A DNA stretch of 64,000 bases from an uncultured Haloferula sp. GTDB lineage: Bacteria > Verrucomicrobiota > Verrucomicrobiia > Verrucomicrobiales > Akkermansiaceae. The stretch spans positions 60,706 to 124,705 of the forward strand of contig CBFGTS010000012.1 of NCBI GenBank assembly GCA_965652295.1, in the 5' to 3' direction. Every line of letters begins with the position of its first letter. Within the stretch, counting starts at the first letter, position 1. Made by a program: the position numbers and the translations under genes. Below, in pieces: positions 59,878 to 64,000 of the stretch. The notes under the pieces are model-generated. The model saw nothing but the letters and a program-made list of their open reading frames with translations, did no database searches and was not told where the DNA came from.

Positions 59878-61923
59878 CTAAAACGGATCTCCGTGGCTCC
59901 AGCCGCCGCTCCAGTCCGGAGCGACGTTCCACTCCTCGACCATTTCCTTCGGGAAATCATCGAAAAAACGGGACGGCCGCTGGATCACGTCTCCGGAGTA
60001 GCTCTTGGGGTTGATCAAGGGATAGCTGAGATACAGCTCGTCCTTGGCACGTGTCAGCGCGACGTAAAACAAACGCCGCTCCTCTTCCATCATCTCGGGA
60101 TCCTCGGCCTCGATGATCCGCCCGTTCGGGAACGCTCCCTCGGCCAGCCAGACAAGGAAGACGGCCTTCCACTCCAAGCCCTTGGCCTGGTGGATGGACG
60201 AGAGCGTCACCTTCTCCGTGTCCTGCTCCTCGCGCTTGCCGCCGGGCTCGCCGTCGGCGGTGCTCAGAAGGGAAAGCTGGGAAAGGAAATCGAGGATGTC
60301 GTCGAAATTTCCGGCATAGGCCATGAGCTGCTCGATGTCGCTACGACGATTGTCGTAGTTGTCGTAGCTGGCCTTCAGGTGGTCGTCGTACATCCCCTCC
60401 AGCACGCTGTAGATCATGTCCTCCGGCCGCGCGAAATCCCCGCCGGACGTCATTTCCGCGAGGATGTATCCGAACTGCTCCCAGTGTTTCGCCGCCTTCT
60501 TCGGCACCCCCTTGAGCTGCATCACCTCCGGCCACTCCGGCAGCTCCTCCTTCACAGCCCAGCCGGTGCCCAACCATTCGGCCCACAGCTTGTCCGCTCC
60601 CTTGGCACCGATGCCGGGCATCAGCAGCAGGATGCGCTTGAAGCTGGTCTCGTCGCGACGGTTCGTCACAAACCGCAGGAACGCCGCCACATCCTTGATG
60701 TGCGCCTGCTCGAAAAACCGCAACCCGCTGGTGATCGCGAACGGAATGCCGCGCGAAGTCAGCTCCATCTGGATCTCCAGAGATTGGAAATGCGCCCGGT
60801 AGAGCACCGCCATTTCCTCCAATGGCATGCCTTCATCCCGCAACTCAAGGATCCGCTGGGCGACGAACTGGGCCTGGGCAGAGGGATCCTCCAGCGGCAC
60901 CAGGGCCGGCTTCACTCCGAGCATCTCACGCGAGGAACGCAGATCCTTCTCAAAGCGCGACCGGTTGGCGCGGATCGCCGCATTGGAGAGATCGAGGATC
61001 TCCGGAACACTGCGGTAGTTGGTCTCGATCTTGAAGATCTGGCTGCCGTCGTGCCGCTTGGGGAACGAGAGGATGTTGCCCATGTCCGCGCCGCGCCATG
61101 AGTAGATCGATTGCGCATCGTCGCCCACCGCCATGATGGAAGAGCCCGCTCCGGCCAGCAGGTCGATCAGCTCGCTCTGGACCGCATTGGTGTCCTGATA
61201 CTCGTCCACCAGAATGTGGCGGAAGCGTTGCTGATAGAGTTCGAGAATGTCCGGGTGCTTCAGGAAAAGCTCCAGCGTCTTGAGCAGAAGATCGTCGAAA
61301 TCCATCGAGTTCGTCTTAAGCTTGCGCGCCGCATAGGCGTCCCGGACGTCGTGGATTTCCCGCTGCCAATCATCGAAATACGGATAGCGGACGACGATGA
61401 TGTCCTTGAGCGATTCTCCGGTGTTGCGCTCCAGGCTGAACATCGTCAGCAGCACGTCCGACTTCGGGAAACGTCGCATTTTCGTGTCGATATTCATCCC
61501 GGCGACCACGTTCGCAACCAGCGATTTCTGGTCGTCGGTATCGAGAATGGAGAACGACTTGGTGAAGCCCAACTCTTCGGCGTGGCGGCGCAGGATGCGG
61601 TTGCCGATCGAGTGGAAGGTGCCGCTCCACAGCGCGGAAACATCGTGCGGGACCAGCGATCGGACTCGTTCGGTCATCTCCCGTGCGGCCTTGTTCGTGA
61701 AAGTCAGCAGCAGGATCTGCCGGGCATCCACTCCCTGATCCAGCAGGAAGGCCACGCGGTAGGTCAGGGTCCGCGTTTTCCCCGACCCCGCCCCGGCGAT
61801 CACCAATGCCCGTCCCGACGGCGAAGTCACCGCAGCGAACTGCTCGTCGTTCAGCTCCGCCCGGTAGTCGATCCCCGAAGAAGGTCCGCCGGACCTCCGA
61901 TGCAGCGTGTAGTCGCGCGCCAT
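59878..61923 (-). CDS. ATP-dependent DNA helicase, UvrD/PcrA family
   Basis: AGAGSGKT, TFTNKAA, VDEYQDTN, VGDDAQSIYSWRGA, HQAKGLE and EERRLFYVALTRAK. Confidence 0.95.
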   Translation of the reverse strand: MARDYTLHRRSGGPSSGIDYRAELNDEQFAAVTSPSGRALVIAGAGSGKTRTLTYRVAFLLDQGVDARQILLLTFTNKAAREMTERVRSLVPHDVSALWSGTFHSIGNRILRRHAEELGFTKSFSILDTDDQKSLVANVVAGMNIDTKMRRFPKSDVLLTMFSLERNTGESLKDIIVVRYPYFDDWQREIHDVRDAYAARKLKTNSMDFDDLLLKTLELFLKHPDILELYQQRFRHILVDEYQDTNAVQSELIDLLAGAGSSIMAVGDDAQSIYSWRGADMGNILSFPKRHDGSQIFKIETNYRSVPEILDLSNAAIRANRSRFEKDLRSSREMLGVKPALVPLEDPSAQAQFVAQRILELRDEGMPLEEMAVLYRAHFQSLEIQMELTSRGIPFAITSGLRFFEQAHIKDVAAFLRFVTNRRDETSFKRILLLMPGIGAKGADKLWAEWLGTGWAVKEELPEWPEVMQLKGVPKKAAKHWEQFGYILAEMTSGGDFARPEDMIYSVLEGMYDDHLKASYDNYDNRRSDIEQLMAYAGNFDDILDFLSQLSLLSTADGEPGGKREEQDTEKVTLSSIHQAKGLEWKAVFLVWLAEGAFPNGRIIEAEDPEMMEEERRLFYVALTRAKDELYLSYPLINPKSYSGDVIQRPSRFFDDFPKEMVEEWNVAPDWSGGWSHGDPF

Positions 61924-61953
61924 GGCGGCAGCATGCCCCAGACGGGAAGGGGA

Positions 61954-63714
61954 TCAAGGCTCGGCCCGGCCCGCCTCTTCGAGACTGGATCCGGCGTCGA
62001 TCCGCCGCGCGAAGCGGGTGAAGCGACCAAGCTCGTGCTTGACCCGTGGCAGGAGGATATAGAGCCCGATCAAGTTGGGCGCCACCATGGCGAAATAGAA
62101 GGCGTCCGATAGCATCAGGACGTTCTTCAACGATGCCGCCGAGCCCACCACCACGCAGAGGCAGAAAACGATCTTGTAGGCCGTGATCACCCTCCGGTTT
62201 CCGCCCACGAGGTAGTAGACCGCTTGCTCACCGTAGTAGGACCACGAGATCATCGTCGAAAACGCGAAGAGAAACACGGCCAAGGCGAGCACATAGGGAA
62301 ACCATGGAATCACCGATCCGAAGGAGCGGGAGGTGAGCCAGATGCCGCCGGACCACCCGGAACGCTCCGTGACCACGTCCGTGGGCACGTACCCCCCGGC
62401 ATCCCGATCCTTCATTTCGATCTGCATCCAGACATCCCCCTCTTCACCCTTGTCGATGATGTGGATCAGCTCGCCATCAGCGAGCTGGCGGATCACCGGA
62501 GCGGACATTTCCGGAGCACTTCGCAGCGCAGTCGCGGCATTGATGTTGGCGTCGGCTTTCCAGACACCCGTCGTCACAATCACCAGGGCGGTCATCAGGC
62601 AGATCACGACGGTGTCGATGAACGGCTCCAGCAGCGCCACAATCCCTTCACTCGCCGGACGTCTGGTTTTCACTGGAGCGTGGGCGATTGCCGCCGATCC
62701 GAGACCCGCTTCGTTGGAAAACACCCCTCGTTTGATTCCCTGGATCAAGCCTCCGACGAATCCTCCGATCCCGGCGGCCGGGGCGAAAGCCTCAGTGAAA
62801 ATGATGCCCAGCGCTGCGGGGATCTCCGAGAGATACCCCCCGAGAACGACCATGCAGGCGACCACGTAGATAATCGTCATGAACGGGACCAGAATCGAGG
62901 TGACACGGGCGATCCAGACGATGCCACCGATGATGACAGCCCCGACCATGAACGCCACGATCAGGCCGAGGATCCAGCTTTGCCCCTCCCTGAAAACGCC
63001 GAAGGTATCTCCAATCTGCTCGGCGGACTGGTTCATCTGAAACATGTTGCCCGCACCCAACGCCCCGCCGACACAGGCCACAGCGAAGAACACCGCCAGC
63101 ACTTTCCCGAGACGTCTCCAGCCATGTTCGCGCAGGCCCTTCTCCAAGTAGCGCATACCGCCACCGTGCACACGGCCATCATCGTCGATGTCGCGATAGG
63201 CGACTCCCAGCGTGCACTCCGTGAATTTCGAGGTCATCCCGAGTAGCCCCATCACAACCATCCAAAAGACGGCTCCGGGGCCGCCGATACCGATCGCGAC
63301 CGCCACTCCGGCGATATTTCCCAATCCCACGGTGGCGGACAAAGCCGTGGCCAAGGCTTGAAAGTGGGTGATCTGACCCGGGTCCGACTCCGCTGAGTAT
63401 TTTCCCCGCACCGTTCGCAAAGCGAGTCCGAAGGCCCGGAAATTGATGAACTTGAAATAGCAGGTAAGGAAGATCCCGGTCCCAGCGAGCAAGATCAGAA
63501 CGACCGGAACATCCTGCCCTAGGATGGGGACTGAGAAGAACACGATCCGGTCCGCCCACTCGGCTACCGGCGCGATAAAGCTATCCAGCCGTTCGTCGAT
63601 CGATGGGCTGCCCGCCTCCCCCGCCTCCTGCGCCAGCAACGGCAACTGGATTCCGATGAAAATCAGGAGGGCGGCAAGCCCATGGGCGGCTCGGGAGAAC
63701 AGTCGTCCGGTCAT
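61954..63714 (-). CDS. Alanine/glycine:cation symporter (AGCS) family amino-acid carrier with an inserted SH3b-like domain
   Basis: ALSATVGLGNIAGVA, GGPGAVFWM, FSNEAGLGSA, EPFIDT and FAFSTMISWSYYG. Confidence 0.93.
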   Translation of the reverse strand: MTGRLFSRAAHGLAALLIFIGIQLPLLAQEAGEAGSPSIDERLDSFIAPVAEWADRIVFFSVPILGQDVPVVLILLAGTGIFLTCYFKFINFRAFGLALRTVRGKYSAESDPGQITHFQALATALSATVGLGNIAGVAVAIGIGGPGAVFWMVVMGLLGMTSKFTECTLGVAYRDIDDDGRVHGGGMRYLEKGLREHGWRRLGKVLAVFFAVACVGGALGAGNMFQMNQSAEQIGDTFGVFREGQSWILGLIVAFMVGAVIIGGIVWIARVTSILVPFMTIIYVVACMVVLGGYLSEIPAALGIIFTEAFAPAAGIGGFVGGLIQGIKRGVFSNEAGLGSAAIAHAPVKTRRPASEGIVALLEPFIDTVVICLMTALVIVTTGVWKADANINAATALRSAPEMSAPVIRQLADGELIHIIDKGEEGDVWMQIEMKDRDAGGYVPTDVVTERSGWSGGIWLTSRSFGSVIPWFPYVLALAVFLFAFSTMISWSYYGEQAVYYLVGGNRRVITAYKIVFCLCVVVGSAASLKNVLMLSDAFYFAMVAPNLIGLYILLPRVKHELGRFTRFARRIDAGSSLEEAGRAEP

Positions 63715-63823
63715 GTTGCGCGGGACGGTGGCAACTTGCATGCCAGTCGGCAAGGACGGAGGAACATTCGCTTGATTCCCTCGCGCGGAGGCGCTTCCCT
63801 CGCCCGCGTCCGAGAGAAATCCA

Positions 63824-63898
63824 GCACGGGTAGCTCAGCGGTAGAGCAACCGGTTTACACCCGGTCGGTCGGCGGTTCGATCCCGTCCCCGTGTACCA
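63824..63898 (+). tRNA. tRNA-Val(TAC)
   Basis: Acceptor stem GCACGGG/CCCGTGT, D-stem GCTC/GAGC, anticodon arm ACCGG-TTTACAC-CCGGT, T-loop TTCGATC and encoded CCA. Confidence 0.95.
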
Positions 63899-63945
63899 TC
63901 TTTCTCAACGACTTACGGAGAATTCAGCAACCTTGAAGCGGTTCT

Positions 63946-64000
63946 CCTGCCCTTTCCCTGCCCTTTCCCTGCCCTTTCCCTGCCCTTTCCCTGCCCTTTC
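63946..64000. repeat. Perfect 11-bp tandem repeat (CCTGCCCTTTC) x5, reaching the window edge
   Basis: Five exact consecutive copies read directly from the sequence. Confidence 0.95.

Noticed and set aside
63946..64000. Tandem repeat as a possible CRISPR array
   Set aside because: The units are 11 bp with no spacers, and there are no cas genes in the window.

Overview
A high-GC chromosomal segment made up mostly of housekeeping genes. It most likely comes from a Verrucomicrobiota bacterium (Haloferula/Luteolibacter-like). This is an inference from a Minf_1886-type gene, an mcsA-mcsB-clpC operon without ctsR, and a DnaA with an RDHGTV motif. Left to right it holds addA (cut off at the window edge), addB, clpC-mcsB-mcsA-ilvE, a 1343-aa internally duplicated membrane protein, 5-formyl-THF cyclo-ligase, apaG, thiD, an unusual RRM protein, miaA, a DUF4139 protein, proBA, hisI, rplS, an exported YdjY plus prenyltransferase-repeat pair, pgsA-like, der, an orphan oppD, dnaA-dnaN, an SSS symporter, kdsB-pyrG, tRNA-Arg(CCG), a ppk2/ppx/ppk1 polyphosphate locus, ktrBA, rnr, FKBP, several hydrolases, rlmI-like, pcrA, an AGCS amino-acid carrier and tRNA-Val(TAC). 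After the tRNA-Val come an IHF-like site and an 11-bp tandem repeat, probably the edge of an integrated element. I found no CRISPR array, transposase, integrase or defence operon. The best leads are: (1) a Ppx/GppA homologue with its catalytic acidic residues replaced, sitting between ppk2 and ppk1; (2) an RRM protein with RNase E-like scaffold features and a long structured leader; (3) the duplicated membrane protein with an internal signal-peptidase-like site; (4) an SH3b-like domain inserted in the AGCS transporter; (5) a recurring leaderless promoter layout, including a probable CUG start for miaA; (6) no visible GC-skew switch at dnaA. All calls come from reading motifs by eye; no database searches were run.
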